This document shows, piece by piece, positions 1-8,075 of a stretch of 32,851 nucleotides of DNA (position 1 is its first letter; every line of letters begins with the position of its first letter). The position numbers and the translations under genes were made by a program. The DNA lies in IMG/VR virus record IMGVR_UViG_3300005805_000271, positions 1 to 32,851 of that record. The stretch is one strand, 5' to 3'. The notes under the pieces are model-generated. The model was given only the letters and a program-made list of their open reading frames with translations, was not told the origin of the DNA and did not search any database. The DNA is from a virus. Taxonomy: Duplodnaviria > Caudoviricetes.

Positions 1-99
1 TCCTTTCGATTGTGTTTATTATGCTTCTTATGAGCCTTTCCTTTTCTTCGCTTTCCAAATGTTTGCTTTCCAATAGTTCCAGATTTAGCCATAACTCAA
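1..99. repeat. 99-bp direct terminal repeat (copy 1); circular assembly overlap
   Basis: Bases 1-99 are identical to 32753-32851, and reading frames continue across the junction. Confidence 0.97.
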
Positions 100-242
100 C
101 GACCATTTTTTTTCTTCTTTGAATACTTGCCACTTGCAAGAATAGCCTTCCACACCTTTTCAGCCTTTTCTTTCGTATCGTAAATACACTGCCCGCTACC
201 GATGCGGTATTTTCCGTTTGATTGACACTTAATTACTGGCAT
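96..242 (-). CDS. small basic hypothetical protein, 48 aa (MPVIKCQSNGKYRIGSGQCIYDTKEKAEKVWKAILASGKYSKKKKNGR)
   Basis: Translated by hand (below the ORF-track cutoff); overlaps the end of the upstream glycosyltransferase and fills the operon gap. Confidence 0.7.
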   Translation of the reverse strand: MPVIKCQSNGKYRIGSGQCIYDTKEKAEKVWKAILASGKYSKKKKNGR

Positions 243-1230
243 ATAATTCTTTTCTTAATTTATTAACCTTATGAAGATTAAAGTTTTCATTACACCACTC
301 GTAATTTGCTAACCCAATCTCCTGCCTATAAATAGCATCGTCGGCAAGTTTTTTAATTCCTTTGTACCAATCTGTTTGTTTATTAACCTTGTACACATAT
401 GGTGCGGTATCATATGGCGGTACATTAGAGCAAATAACAGGAATCTTTTTACACCCCGCTTCCAATATTTTAAGATTGGATTTCATTGAAGTAAACTTCG
501 TTTGCTTTAAGGGAACGACTGAAACATCGGCATCGTTGTAAAAGTTCATATACTCAGTTACAGGCAAATATCTTCTTGTGCCACCCAACTTTAACCCGCA
601 AGTAAAGTTTGATATCATTCTATGCCATATTGCAGCCGAACCAGCACCTTCGTCATTAAAGCCGCATAATTGAAAATGTACTTTGTTTCTCAAAGCAACA
701 TCCGAAGCAACTTTTTTAAAAGGGAACTGAATAATCTTAATATCTTCTTCGTGTGTTATTGAGCCTGTATAAACGAATCTTACCTTGTCGCTTTCGGTTC
801 TTACATCAATGAATTGGTCTTCATTAAACGGCAGAGCGTTTGGTAGTATAGCCACATTTGAGTTCAAAGGGCGAATCTCGTTCCATAGCAATTCATTCGT
901 GCAGGTAACTAAATCCGCTATCTTGATGTGGTCGATTATTACTTGACTGGGGTAAATAGAATACAAAATATGTGAGGTATCTAAATACCAATAATCGTCA
1001 ATATCTACAATTAGCTTAAATCCGTATTTCTTTTTATATTCTAATAACTTATCGATATGAACTTCGGGAATAAACCGATTGATTAAAAGTATATCAAAGT
1101 TTTCTTGTAATATTTCTTCCGTTAGGCTATCGGTAAAATACGCATAGGTTTTCTCTAAATAGTAAACAGGTAGCATCAACCTATGATACCCTACACCGCT
1201 ATTTTGTTGTGTTATGACAAGTATTCTCAT
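229..1230 (-). CDS. GT-B fold glycosyltransferase (GT4-like)
   Basis: N-terminal SGVGYHRL and DIDDYW; C-terminal ADVSVVPL...KSNLKILEAGCKKIPVICSN, typical of GT4 nucleotide-sugar-binding domains. Confidence 0.85.
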   Translation of the reverse strand: MRILVITQQNSGVGYHRLMLPVYYLEKTYAYFTDSLTEEILQENFDILLINRFIPEVHIDKLLEYKKKYGFKLIVDIDDYWYLDTSHILYSIYPSQVIIDHIKIADLVTCTNELLWNEIRPLNSNVAILPNALPFNEDQFIDVRTESDKVRFVYTGSITHEEDIKIIQFPFKKVASDVALRNKVHFQLCGFNDEGAGSAAIWHRMISNFTCGLKLGGTRRYLPVTEYMNFYNDADVSVVPLKQTKFTSMKSNLKILEAGCKKIPVICSNVPPYDTAPYVYKVNKQTDWYKGIKKLADDAIYRQEIGLANYEWCNENFNLHKVNKLRKELYASN

Positions 1231-1529
1231 TTCTTAGGTCGCCCTCTTTTTTTAGGTTGTACATTTACTTGTACATCAGGTTGTACATCATTTTGCACAA
1301 TCGGTTGTGCAACTTGACTTTGCTCGTAGAAAGCAATTAATCTTTTCAGCATATCAAAAACACACTCACCACACCAATACGTTAGAATGAATTGAGGGTC
1401 TAAATACTCGCGGTACATTCTCTCGTATTCTCCTAACACATCAAAAGATATGTTACGCGTGAATCCTAATTTAACGGATTCGAAATTAATAATGTGTTGT
1501 TGGCAAAATGCAATGTCTTGTGGTTTCAT
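1227..1529 (-). CDS. hypothetical protein with WCGEC (CxxC), VQxx repeats and C-terminal AT-hook-like KKRGRPKK
   Basis: 100-aa ORF with 4-bp overlaps to both neighbours. Confidence 0.8.
   Translation of the reverse strand: MKPQDIAFCQQHIINFESVKLGFTRNISFDVLGEYERMYREYLDPQFILTYWCGECVFDMLKRLIAFYEQSQVAQPIVQNDVQPDVQVNVQPKKRGRPKK
1257..1316. repeat. 12-bp-period tandem repeat (TTGTACAT core, 3 exact and 2 degenerate copies) inside a CDS
   Basis: TTGTACAT at 1257, 1269 and 1281; TTGCACAA at 1293; TTGTGCAA at 1305. Confidence 0.75.
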
Positions 1530-1771
1530 CGGTATAAATTATTTAAAAAGTTTCTAAAGAAAGGAGCAATAACACCAGCCCCGAACATACAAAGAACGGC
1601 ATCGGTTATCTGATAAGGTAACAAAAACAAACCTATCCCCACCCAAGCAGTTAGGCATAGCGTACAATTAAAAGGTTTAAAGTTTATTTTCCACTTGCGA
1701 GGAAATTCGTTTTGCACGATAAAATAAAAGCTAAAGAAGTTAGCCGCTAAAATGATTTTAAATATCTCCAT
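1526..1771 (-). CDS. small membrane protein with KPFNCxxCL motif
   Basis: 81 aa, 2-3 hydrophobic segments, CxxC; coupled to neighbours. Confidence 0.75.
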   Translation of the reverse strand: MEIFKIILAANFFSFYFIVQNEFPRKWKINFKPFNCTLCLTAWVGIGLFLLPYQITDAVLCMFGAGVIAPFFRNFLNNLYR

Positions 1772-2261
1772 TGTTTCTTATTTTATATTTCATTAATATT
1801 CTTGCTTTGCGTATTGTCTTAATTAACGAGCGATAAGGGATTTTAGTTTCTCTGCTTATGGCTAAAAGATTCTTTCCATTGCTGGCATAAAGTTTCAATA
1901 GTTCGGCTTCGTACCAATGCAATATACCTAACCCCTTTTCGAGCTTGTTAATTAGGTCTTCGTTGTATTCTTCTTTTTGAACTTCGTAAGTGATTGGAAT
2001 TTCCTGATATACTTGGCGAAACTTTTTGTAAAAATTGCTTCTATCACTCTTTGCCATATTCAAAATAGTACGCACGATAAAATACTTTAAATATCCTTGT
2101 TCATACATTTCAAACAACTTGGCTTCATCCATTTCGCAAAGCACTAAAAAAACTTCTTGCCGTAAATCGTCTTGCAAGTCAATAGGATTCATCTTACCTA
2201 TCGCGTCATTGATATCGCGTGATAGATACATTTCCTGTATTATGGCTTCGCGTTTATTCAT
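1758..2261 (-). CDS. sigma-70/ECF-like transcription factor (putative late-gene activator)
   Basis: Region-2-like DDLRQEVFLVL...YFIVRTILN and region-4-like HTH (ELLKLY...LLAISRETKIPYRSLIKTIRKAR). Confidence 0.75.
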   Translation of the reverse strand: MNKREAIIQEMYLSRDINDAIGKMNPIDLQDDLRQEVFLVLCEMDEAKLFEMYEQGYLKYFIVRTILNMAKSDRSNFYKKFRQVYQEIPITYEVQKEEYNEDLINKLEKGLGILHWYEAELLKLYASNGKNLLAISRETKIPYRSLIKTIRKARILMKYKIRNNGDI

Positions 2262-2285
2262 AAAATCGCTTTCTAAATTAACATA

Positions 2286-2431
2286 TTATACCTCTTATTT
2301 TACTTATACTTCTTCTTATTCTTCTTCTTATAGCCTATACAATAGCCTATGCTATACCTATTGAATAGGTATTAAATACTCTATAAATCATTAAATTTCA
2401 ATGCTTTATCTATTTGAATATCAATAAGTTA
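2286..2431. other. candidate replication origin / divergent control region
   Basis: ATAGCCTAT at 2330 and 2342 plus ATACCTAT at 2354 (12-bp period); perfect inverted repeat ATACCTATT-G-AATAGGTAT at 2354-2372; exact IHF consensus WATCAANNNNTTR (TATCAATAAGTTA) at 2419-2431; AT-rich; lies at the strand switch. Confidence 0.5.
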
Positions 2432-2463
2432 CGAAAAACATGAAAAAAAAGTCAAAGAAATAT

Positions 2464-2494
2464 TTTTTTATGTGCGAAATAGGTTTGATATTTG
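2464..2494 (+). promoter_or_regulatory. possible Bacteroidota-type early promoter
   Basis: GATATTTG at 2487-2494 (7/8 match to TAnnTTTG) with a T-tract 19 nt upstream; precedes the early arm. Confidence 0.4.
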
Positions 2495-2546
2495 ACTTCG
2501 AAAGCGGGAACAAAACCGCGATTACTAAACACAAAAAACAAAAACT

Positions 2547-2630
2547 ATGAAACCGCAGACAAAACTCTTCATCGCTCTTTTGATTATTTGCTACATTGTT
2601 GGTAAATTACAAGACAATATTTCTCTTTAA
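2547..2630 (+). CDS. 27-aa membrane peptide (MKPQTKLFIALLIICYIVGKLQDNISL)
   Basis: Hand-translated; A-rich leader (aaaaactATG); one hydrophobic helix. Confidence 0.6.
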   Translation: MKPQTKLFIALLIICYIVGKLQDNISL

Positions 2631-2648
2631 TCTTTAAAACTAAACACC

Positions 2649-2879
2649 ATGAAAGTGCAATTAGATTTTTCAGCCGAAACCGCAGCGTTCTTGCTTGCTA
2701 ATGACAAATCATTATTCACTACTTCGTTTGTAAAAGCCGACGACATAACAGGCGCAATTACACTTGAGTTTGAAGCTAACAACGCAGAATGCTTAACAAT
2801 GGGATTGTTTCTTGCAGGCCAAACGTACACAATGAAGCAAATTAAAACTATCTTCAATGCGAACAGTATACCCGCCTAA
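2649..2879 (+). CDS. hypothetical early protein
   Basis: 76-aa ORF with A-rich leader, co-oriented with the early arm. Confidence 0.7.
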   Translation: MKVQLDFSAETAAFLLANDKSLFTTSFVKADDITGAITLEFEANNAECLTMGLFLAGQTYTMKQIKTIFNANSIPA

Positions 2880-2946
2880 TCCGCCAAAAGATTTCAACGA
2901 GTGGATGAAATACATTTACTCATTACTGAATACTCCGTGTCGTTAA
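2857..2946 (+). CDS. 29-aa peptide (MRTVYPPNPPKDFNEWMKYIYSLLNTPCR)
   Basis: Hand-translated; overlaps the end of the upstream gene; protein-like composition. Confidence 0.5.
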   Translation: MRTVYPPNPPKDFNEWMKYIYSLLNTPCR

Positions 2947-2975
2947 GGAGTTTAATCTGCAACGAATTAGATAAT

Positions 2976-3009
2976 GGGGGTGGTTCAATGGGTTATGGTC
3001 GCCACCCCC
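2976..3009 (+). other. GC-rich hairpin (GGGGGTGG-18 nt-CCACCCCC)
   Basis: Perfect 8-bp stem in AT-rich intergenic DNA; no adjacent U-tract. Confidence 0.5.
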
Positions 3010-3028
3010 TAAAGCTAAAATAAATTTT

Positions 3029-3109
3029 ATGATACCGCTTTTTGTTATTAGCTTACTCATTGTTGCCTGCTTATTTATGCTGGCTATTCTATACGCTTTA
3101 AAAAACTAA
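3029..3109 (+). CDS. 26-aa hydrophobic peptide (MIPLFVISLLIVACLFMLAILYALKN)
   Basis: Hand-translated; single TM helix; fills the gap before the ERF gene. Confidence 0.55.
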   Translation: MIPLFVISLLIVACLFMLAILYALKN

Positions 3110-3112
3110 ACT

Positions 3113-3718
3113 ATGTTAGCAAAGATTCAATCGCTTGTAAAAGCACCCAAAGGTCAATTTAATAAATTCGGTAACTACAAATACCGCAGTTGCGAAGATA
3201 TCGTTGAAGCCGTTAAAGTGGTTATTAATCCGCTTGGCTTTTATCTGACTTTGATGGATGAAATTGTTTTAATAGGTACACGCGTTTATGTTAAAGCAAC
3301 CGCTACGCTTTCTAACGGCGAGCAGACCTACACGGCTACGGCATACGCAAGGGAAGAAGAAACCAAAAAAGGTATGGATGGTGCACAGGTAACAGGCGCA
3401 GCATCTTCATACGCCCGCAAATACGCGCTAAACGGATTGTTCGCAATTGACGACACCAAAGACGCGGATGCTACGAACACCCACGATAAAGATGCCCCAA
3501 CAAAAGAAGAAAAGGATATGCTTGAGAGATTGGTATTTTCTTCTAACTTAGAAGAATACGAAATTGACAAAGCATTAACGGCAATAAGAAGTTGCAACAA
3601 TTATGAAACGTATCAATTGATTCAACACCGCTTAGAAAATAGGCAAATAACGATTGACCAAATACCGAATCCATCTCAAAAGGATATTAATAAGCACTTA
3701 AAAAAGTCAATTAAATGA
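3113..3718 (+). CDS. erf: ERF-family single-strand annealing recombinase
   Basis: KAPKGQFNKFGNYKYRSCEDI...AREEETKKGMDGAQVTGAASSYARKYALNGLFAIDDTKDAD signature. Confidence 0.92.
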   Translation: MLAKIQSLVKAPKGQFNKFGNYKYRSCEDIVEAVKVVINPLGFYLTLMDEIVLIGTRVYVKATATLSNGEQTYTATAYAREEETKKGMDGAQVTGAASSYARKYALNGLFAIDDTKDADATNTHDKDAPTKEEKDMLERLVFSSNLEEYEIDKALTAIRSCNNYETYQLIQHRLENRQITIDQIPNPSQKDINKHLKKSIK

Positions 3719-3945
3719 AACAAGGCAAATCAGAACTACCCATCCTGATTGATGGCGAAACGATTTTAGTATTTATCCGTTGGTGGTATACACCCGAGAT
3801 ACGCCCTACTTTCGACAATCCGTATGGCGAGCCGTACGACTTTACTTATGAGATTATTTGGCACAACGCACCCGAACAAATAAATGAAGAACAATTAATG
3901 GACGAGATTGATAAAATTAGTATATTTGATATCATGGATTATTAA
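3715..3945 (+). CDS. acidic hypothetical protein
   Basis: 76 aa, overlaps the erf stop. Confidence 0.7.
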   Translation: MKQGKSELPILIDGETILVFIRWWYTPEIRPTFDNPYGEPYDFTYEIIWHNAPEQINEEQLMDEIDKISIFDIMDY

Positions 3946-3963
3946 CCTTTAAAAACGAAAGCT

Positions 3964-4092
3964 ATGTTAGCGAACATTCAGAAAGTCGGCAATTCGTACA
4001 GAGTGCGAGTGCAGAAAAATGGAAAGCGTGTAAGTAAATCCTTCACGAGCCGCAAGCAGGCATTGGAGTTCCGTAAGAAACTCGGTGTTTAG
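3964..4092 (+). CDS. 42-aa basic AP2/arm-binding-like DNA-binding miniprotein (MLANIQKVGNSYRVRVQKNGKRVSKSFTSRKQALEFRKKLGV)
   Basis: Hand-translated; YRVRV..NGKR.SKSF.....A pattern of three-strand-plus-helix DNA-binding domains. Confidence 0.65.
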   Translation: MLANIQKVGNSYRVRVQKNGKRVSKSFTSRKQALEFRKKLGV

Positions 4093-4100
4093 TAATGGTT

Positions 4101-4171
4101 AGTCAGGTGGCAATTGGGATGCAAGGGAAAGTAATTTCTCTATAATGCGGGTTCGAATCCCGCCCTGACTA
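4101..4171 (+). ncRNA. tRNA-like element with non-canonical anticodon arm (pseudo-tRNA)
   Basis: Acceptor AGTCAGG/CCTGACT; D arm GCA-ATTGGGA-TGC; perfect T arm GCGGG-TTCGAAT-CCCGC; anticodon arm AGGGAAA-GTAA-TTTCTCT lacks a 7-nt loop; no encoded CCA. Confidence 0.8.
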
Positions 4172-4198
4172 CTTTTTTTAACTTCAAAAACAAAACAA

Positions 4199-4438
4199 AT
4201 GGAAAAGAAAATCTACTGCGGAAGCGGTAAAAAACGAAGCGACAATTGGATTAGTGCCTCAATTAATCTGGACAAGATTAAAGACCATATCCAAGAGTAC
4301 AACGGCTCAAAGTTTATCAAAGTAAACATAAACGTAAAGCCAGAGCCTGACCAATACGGCAAGGATGTCAGCATATCACTTGACACGTGGAAGCCTGAAG
4401 CAAAAAACGATAATACACCCAACGACCTTCCGTTCTAA
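4199..4438 (+). CDS. small SSB-like protein
   Basis: 79 aa, beta-rich, acidic C-terminal NDLPF tip typical of SSBs; near erf. Confidence 0.65.
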   Translation: MEKKIYCGSGKKRSDNWISASINLDKIKDHIQEYNGSKFIKVNINVKPEPDQYGKDVSISLDTWKPEAKNDNTPNDLPF

Positions 4439-4815
4439 TGGCAAAACTCACTCCCCTACCTAAGCTACTTAAAAAGGCACAAACGATTTACAACGCACAC
4501 ATAAGAGAACGAGATGAAAAGTTAGGTTGTATTTCGTGTGGCGCAGAAGTTCAGCAAGCGGGTCACTATTTTTCGCAAGGGCAACATTCTTCTTTACGAT
4601 TCGGTTTACCACACACGTTAGCTTATCATAACACCAATGGGCAATGTATTCGTTGCAATATGTTTCTACACGGCAATTTAATTAAATACAGGCAAGGATT
4701 GGTTAATAGGTTTGGCGAAGAATACGTAAAAGAGTTAGAGGCTGAAGCAGAAAACAACCGCTTAAAAAAGTGGAGTAGGGAAGAACTTGAATTAATAATC
4801 GAAACCTACAAATGA
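4438..4815 (+). CDS. ninG: NinG/Rap-like recombination endonuclease
   Basis: IRERD...CISCG...AGHYFS.G....LRF...N.NGQC..CN.FLHGN...YR..L..RFG motif. Confidence 0.88.
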   Translation: MAKLTPLPKLLKKAQTIYNAHIRERDEKLGCISCGAEVQQAGHYFSQGQHSSLRFGLPHTLAYHNTNGQCIRCNMFLHGNLIKYRQGLVNRFGEEYVKELEAEAENNRLKKWSREELELIIETYK

Positions 4816-5168
4816 AACACTCGAGCAGTTTTTATTACGACCTTGACTTTGGCGAAAAGGGCGAAGATTGGCTTAACGAACTTTTTAAGGATGGCAAAAA
4901 AGTTGAAGTCAAGACCGACCGCGCAGCACATTATACAGGCAATGTTTATGTCGAAGTGTACTCAAGAGGCAAGCCATCAGGAATATCGACCACACAAGCA
5001 AGCTATTGGATATTCATCATAGATAAAAAAGATTATTCTTTGTTTGTTAGTGTGCAAAAGTTGAGGGATATTTGTAAAGTTATGCATCAAATAAACGGAT
5101 TGACCAAAGGTGGGGATGAAGATACCTCGCGCGGAATTTTAATACCAATTAAATTAATAATCGAATGA
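4812..5168 (+). CDS. PD-(D/E)XK-like nuclease-fold protein
   Basis: VEVKTD...GNVYVE...GKPSGISTT.A.YW pattern. Confidence 0.6.
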   Translation: MKHSSSFYYDLDFGEKGEDWLNELFKDGKKVEVKTDRAAHYTGNVYVEVYSRGKPSGISTTQASYWIFIIDKKDYSLFVSVQKLRDICKVMHQINGLTKGGDEDTSRGILIPIKLIIE

Positions 5169-5605
5169 ACACACCAAATCAAGCAAAAGAATTAGTAGAA
5201 AAGTATTGTGAACTTTATGGCATTCAGCCGAAAAACCTTAAACGAAAATCAGCCTACCCTTTTAAGGTCTTAATCAAGAACGGCAATTATATAAACATAG
5301 CTTCAATGCGAATGGCATTAGGATATTTTTTGTTTATGCATTTCCCTTTACGTATTAAAGAAGTAGCCGTTTTAGTTGGCTATGCCGACCACTCAACGCT
5401 TAGTTCGCAGCGCAAACAGATTGCTTCGTACATAGAAAATAATGATAGTTACTTTATGCCTTATTACGCAACATTGTATAATTTAGCTATTGACCTCGGT
5501 ATATCTACGGAATACAAGCGAGCCTGCACGCAAGCAATACCTTTTATGCGTTATGAATCTGACGCCTCTTTTTTAGAAAATATAAAATACTATGAAAATG
5601 CCTAA
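5165..5605 (+). CDS. HTH protein, DnaA C-terminal-domain-like
   Basis: IKEVAVLVGYADHSTL resembles the DnaA domain IV DHSTV helix. Confidence 0.6.
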   Translation: MNTPNQAKELVEKYCELYGIQPKNLKRKSAYPFKVLIKNGNYINIASMRMALGYFLFMHFPLRIKEVAVLVGYADHSTLSSQRKQIASYIENNDSYFMPYYATLYNLAIDLGISTEYKRACTQAIPFMRYESDASFLENIKYYENA

Positions 5606-6212
5606 GAGATTTACTGACACCGATATTTGGGAGAAAGAATGGTTTATGAGTTTAACACCTACCGAGAAATGTTTAGTAAAATATGTTCGTGATAAATGCG
5701 ACTTAGCGGGAATATGGAAACCAAATTTTATCTTAGCGTCTTATGTTATTGGAGAAAAGGTAACCGAACAAATGTTAATCGAAATCGATAACGGAAAGCA
5801 ATTTCAATCTCTTTCCGATGGTAAAATACTTTGCATTGACTTTGTACGTTTCCAGTACGGAAGCCAGCTAAACCCCACAAGTCCTATTCACAAAAAGGTT
5901 ATTGAACTATTGTCTCGTTATGAAATAGAACACGACACCAAAGAAGTTCAAGCAAAAGGATTTAATAAGCCAACGATTGAAGATATCAAACTTGAAATGA
6001 TGAATAAGTGGGATGAGCGCAATGCAAGCTACCAAGCAAATCGATTCTATGATTACTATGAAAGCAACGGATGGTTCGTAGGGAAAAACAAAATGAAGTC
6101 ATGGCGGCACGCGGTATCGGGATGGATGGCGCGCACAAAAATAGAACCCACAAAGGAAAGCATTGCCGAAAAATTAGCTATCTTAGGAAACAAAAAATTT
6201 AGCGAACTATGA
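5592..6212 (+). CDS. putative replication initiator
   Basis: N-terminal KRFTDTDIW...WF..L...CDLAGIW; C-terminal FNKPT...FYDYYESNGWFVGKNKMKSW domain common in Bacteroidota phage replication proteins. Confidence 0.65.
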   Translation: MKMPKRFTDTDIWEKEWFMSLTPTEKCLVKYVRDKCDLAGIWKPNFILASYVIGEKVTEQMLIEIDNGKQFQSLSDGKILCIDFVRFQYGSQLNPTSPIHKKVIELLSRYEIEHDTKEVQAKGFNKPTIEDIKLEMMNKWDERNASYQANRFYDYYESNGWFVGKNKMKSWRHAVSGWMARTKIEPTKESIAEKLAILGNKKFSEL

Positions 6213-6745
6213 ACAACCCAGCATTTGAATACTTGAGGCAATTTAAAAAGGTAAGCGACGATACCGAGACGCTCGTTACAAAGTTTATTAAAAAGAAATA
6301 CCCTGAACTCGGGATGAATGAACTTGTGCAAATATTCGAAAACGGCATCGCGGGGGAGTATGGTAAAATTTATTCAGCAGACCCCGAAACAATATTGGAT
6401 TGGATTCGCAAACACATTAACAACAAAGGGCAACAAAGGAGTTATTATGAAACGCCCTTGCTGACTGCGGATGTTTCTATCTATGATAACCGATATCCTG
6501 AAAAGCACGAAGATTGGAATAAGGAAGTTAACAAAGCATATACCGCGTTTTTGAATGGCGTTAGCACGAATCATATGCACCCGCATATTTACGATAGGTT
6601 AATGGTAGATAACAAGATTCAGTTGAACGCATATATGCAGCACTACACAACCGATATCACAATCGCCAAACAAAAGGTATTACAGGAATACTTTACAGGT
6701 TGCAAATCAAAAGGCTTTACTTATATTTATTTTATTAAACAATGA
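6209..6745 (+). CDS. hypothetical protein (possible helicase-loader-like)
   Basis: 178 aa directly after the initiator; function inferred from position only. Confidence 0.7.
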   Translation: MNNPAFEYLRQFKKVSDDTETLVTKFIKKKYPELGMNELVQIFENGIAGEYGKIYSADPETILDWIRKHINNKGQQRSYYETPLLTADVSIYDNRYPEKHEDWNKEVNKAYTAFLNGVSTNHMHPHIYDRLMVDNKIQLNAYMQHYTTDITIAKQKVLQEYFTGCKSKGFTYIYFIKQ

Positions 6746-7053
6746 ACGCAGGTCAACGATACGAAGTATTCAAAGAGATTACTAATAACTCTTTTGTGGA
6801 ATTAAGTTTGACTTATGCAAGAGCCTACGAACGTAACCCAAAGGCATTTATTAGCACCTATAAAAAGAATCTGTCTATTAGGTTGGTTTGTAACTGGATT
6901 GTTTTTACTTACAAATACATCGGTGCGTTTGATGAATGCAAAACTCTTGGAAAGGATTTTACCGAGTGGGCAAATAGGCAACAAGTAGATGAAAAGTTTA
7001 AAAAGAATTTAGCCGAGTTTATGCTAATAATCTATTCAATACTTAAACAATGA
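6742..7053 (+). CDS. hypothetical protein
   Basis: 103 aa, 4-bp overlaps on both sides. Confidence 0.7.
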   Translation: MNAGQRYEVFKEITNNSFVELSLTYARAYERNPKAFISTYKKNLSIRLVCNWIVFTYKYIGAFDECKTLGKDFTEWANRQQVDEKFKKNLAEFMLIIYSILKQ

Positions 7054-7253
7054 AATGTAAAAAATGCAAACAAATAAAACCGATTAACGAATATGCCGTA
7101 TTCAAAGGCTATCGCAACAAAGAATGCAGAGTATGTTCTAAAGGCTCAAGCACATTTTTTATTCATCCAGAAAGTTTCTATAATCTATTTATAGGTAAGG
7201 AAGAATGGCGGCATATGTATTTTGAAAAAACAATAACAACAAGAAAATCTTAA
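7050..7253 (+). CDS. small zinc-finger protein
   Basis: CKKC...CRVC. Confidence 0.7.
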   Translation: MKCKKCKQIKPINEYAVFKGYRNKECRVCSKGSSTFFIHPESFYNLFIGKEEWRHMYFEKTITTRKS

Positions 7254-7256
7254 ATT

Positions 7257-7433
7257 ATGAGATACTTATTTTTATTGCTATTAGTGGCATGTAGCAAACC
7301 AAAAGATGGTTATTGTAAATATGATACTGCTAAAAAGTATGAGCATAATGATTGGTCAATGGGCGAATATTACCCAAGCATTAACCTTGATTCAGTTTAT
7401 TATGAAAAACAAATCATAGACAGATACAAATAA
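7257..7433 (+). CDS. 58-aa lipoprotein (MRYLFLLLLVAC-SKPKDGYC...)
   Basis: Hand-translated; signal peptide with LVAC lipobox; its stop abuts the stop of the convergent gene at 7434. Confidence 0.7.
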   Translation: MRYLFLLLLVACSKPKDGYCKYDTAKKYEHNDWSMGEYYPSINLDSVYYEKQIIDRYK

Positions 7434-7685
7434 TTACTTTAGTTCAACGAAGCGGAAACCCATCTGCCACATAAACCGAGCGGTCTTACTTGATTCCTTG
7501 CTGACTTTTGTTTCCGACCAATCGGGATGCTTCAAATGAAAATGCTCGTGCAAAAGATAGAGCATATAACGATAGCCGTGCAACCTGCTATCAATCTCCA
7601 ACTTATTATCTTCCGTATAGGCGATGCCGTAAGCGCGCTCTTTGCCTAACTTACGATGTACTACTTGGTGTATCTTCTTCGCCAT
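7434..7685 (-). CDS. small zincin-like metallopeptidase-motif protein
   Basis: LLHEHFH (HExxH) followed by SETKV. Confidence 0.65.
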   Translation of the reverse strand: MAKKIHQVVHRKLGKERAYGIAYTEDNKLEIDSRLHGYRYMLYLLHEHFHLKHPDWSETKVSKESSKTARFMWQMGFRFVELK

Positions 7686-7881
7686 AAAAATTTGATGTGT
7701 AGATTTCTTGAATCCCGATGTGAATAATATAAAGAGCCATCTTACGAATCATCATTACCAAATCTTTTTCTTCTTCGTCAAGCATTGCATAATCATATTC
7801 CCCAATAGCATTTAACGCGTTTGTGCAAGCGGCAATATCTTCGTGTGGTGTAATGTTTAGCGGCTCAATAACTTCTTCCAT
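7651..7881 (-). CDS. acidic hypothetical protein
   Basis: 76 aa, overlaps both neighbours. Confidence 0.65.
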   Translation of the reverse strand: MEEVIEPLNITPHEDIAACTNALNAIGEYDYAMLDEEEKDLVMMIRKMALYIIHIGIQEIYTSNFYGEEDTPSSTS

Positions 7882-8075
7882 CAGTAATCGGTTTTTATTC
7901 TTGGTATCCCTTTTCTGCGAGAAAACTCAATAACATCCCTTTCTACTTCTGCTCGCGATTGCTTTCGGTATTTATCACAAAGAGGCTCGAGGATGGTTAG
8001 CCTCTCTATCGGTGTCAATACTTTCATCATTTCCTGAATCTGCTTTTTGATAATCGGAAGGTCTTTGTGCGTCAT
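7881..8075 (-). CDS. hypothetical protein
   Basis: 64 aa, TGATG coupling to the next gene. Confidence 0.65.
   Translation of the reverse strand: MTHKDLPIIKKQIQEMMKVLTPIERLTILEPLCDKYRKQSRAEVERDVIEFSRRKGIPRIKTDY

Noticed and set aside
4101-4171. Functional or ochre-suppressor tRNA rescuing the HNH TAA
   Set aside because: There is no 7-nt anticodon loop and no UUA anticodon, and TAA is the normal stop for many genes here.
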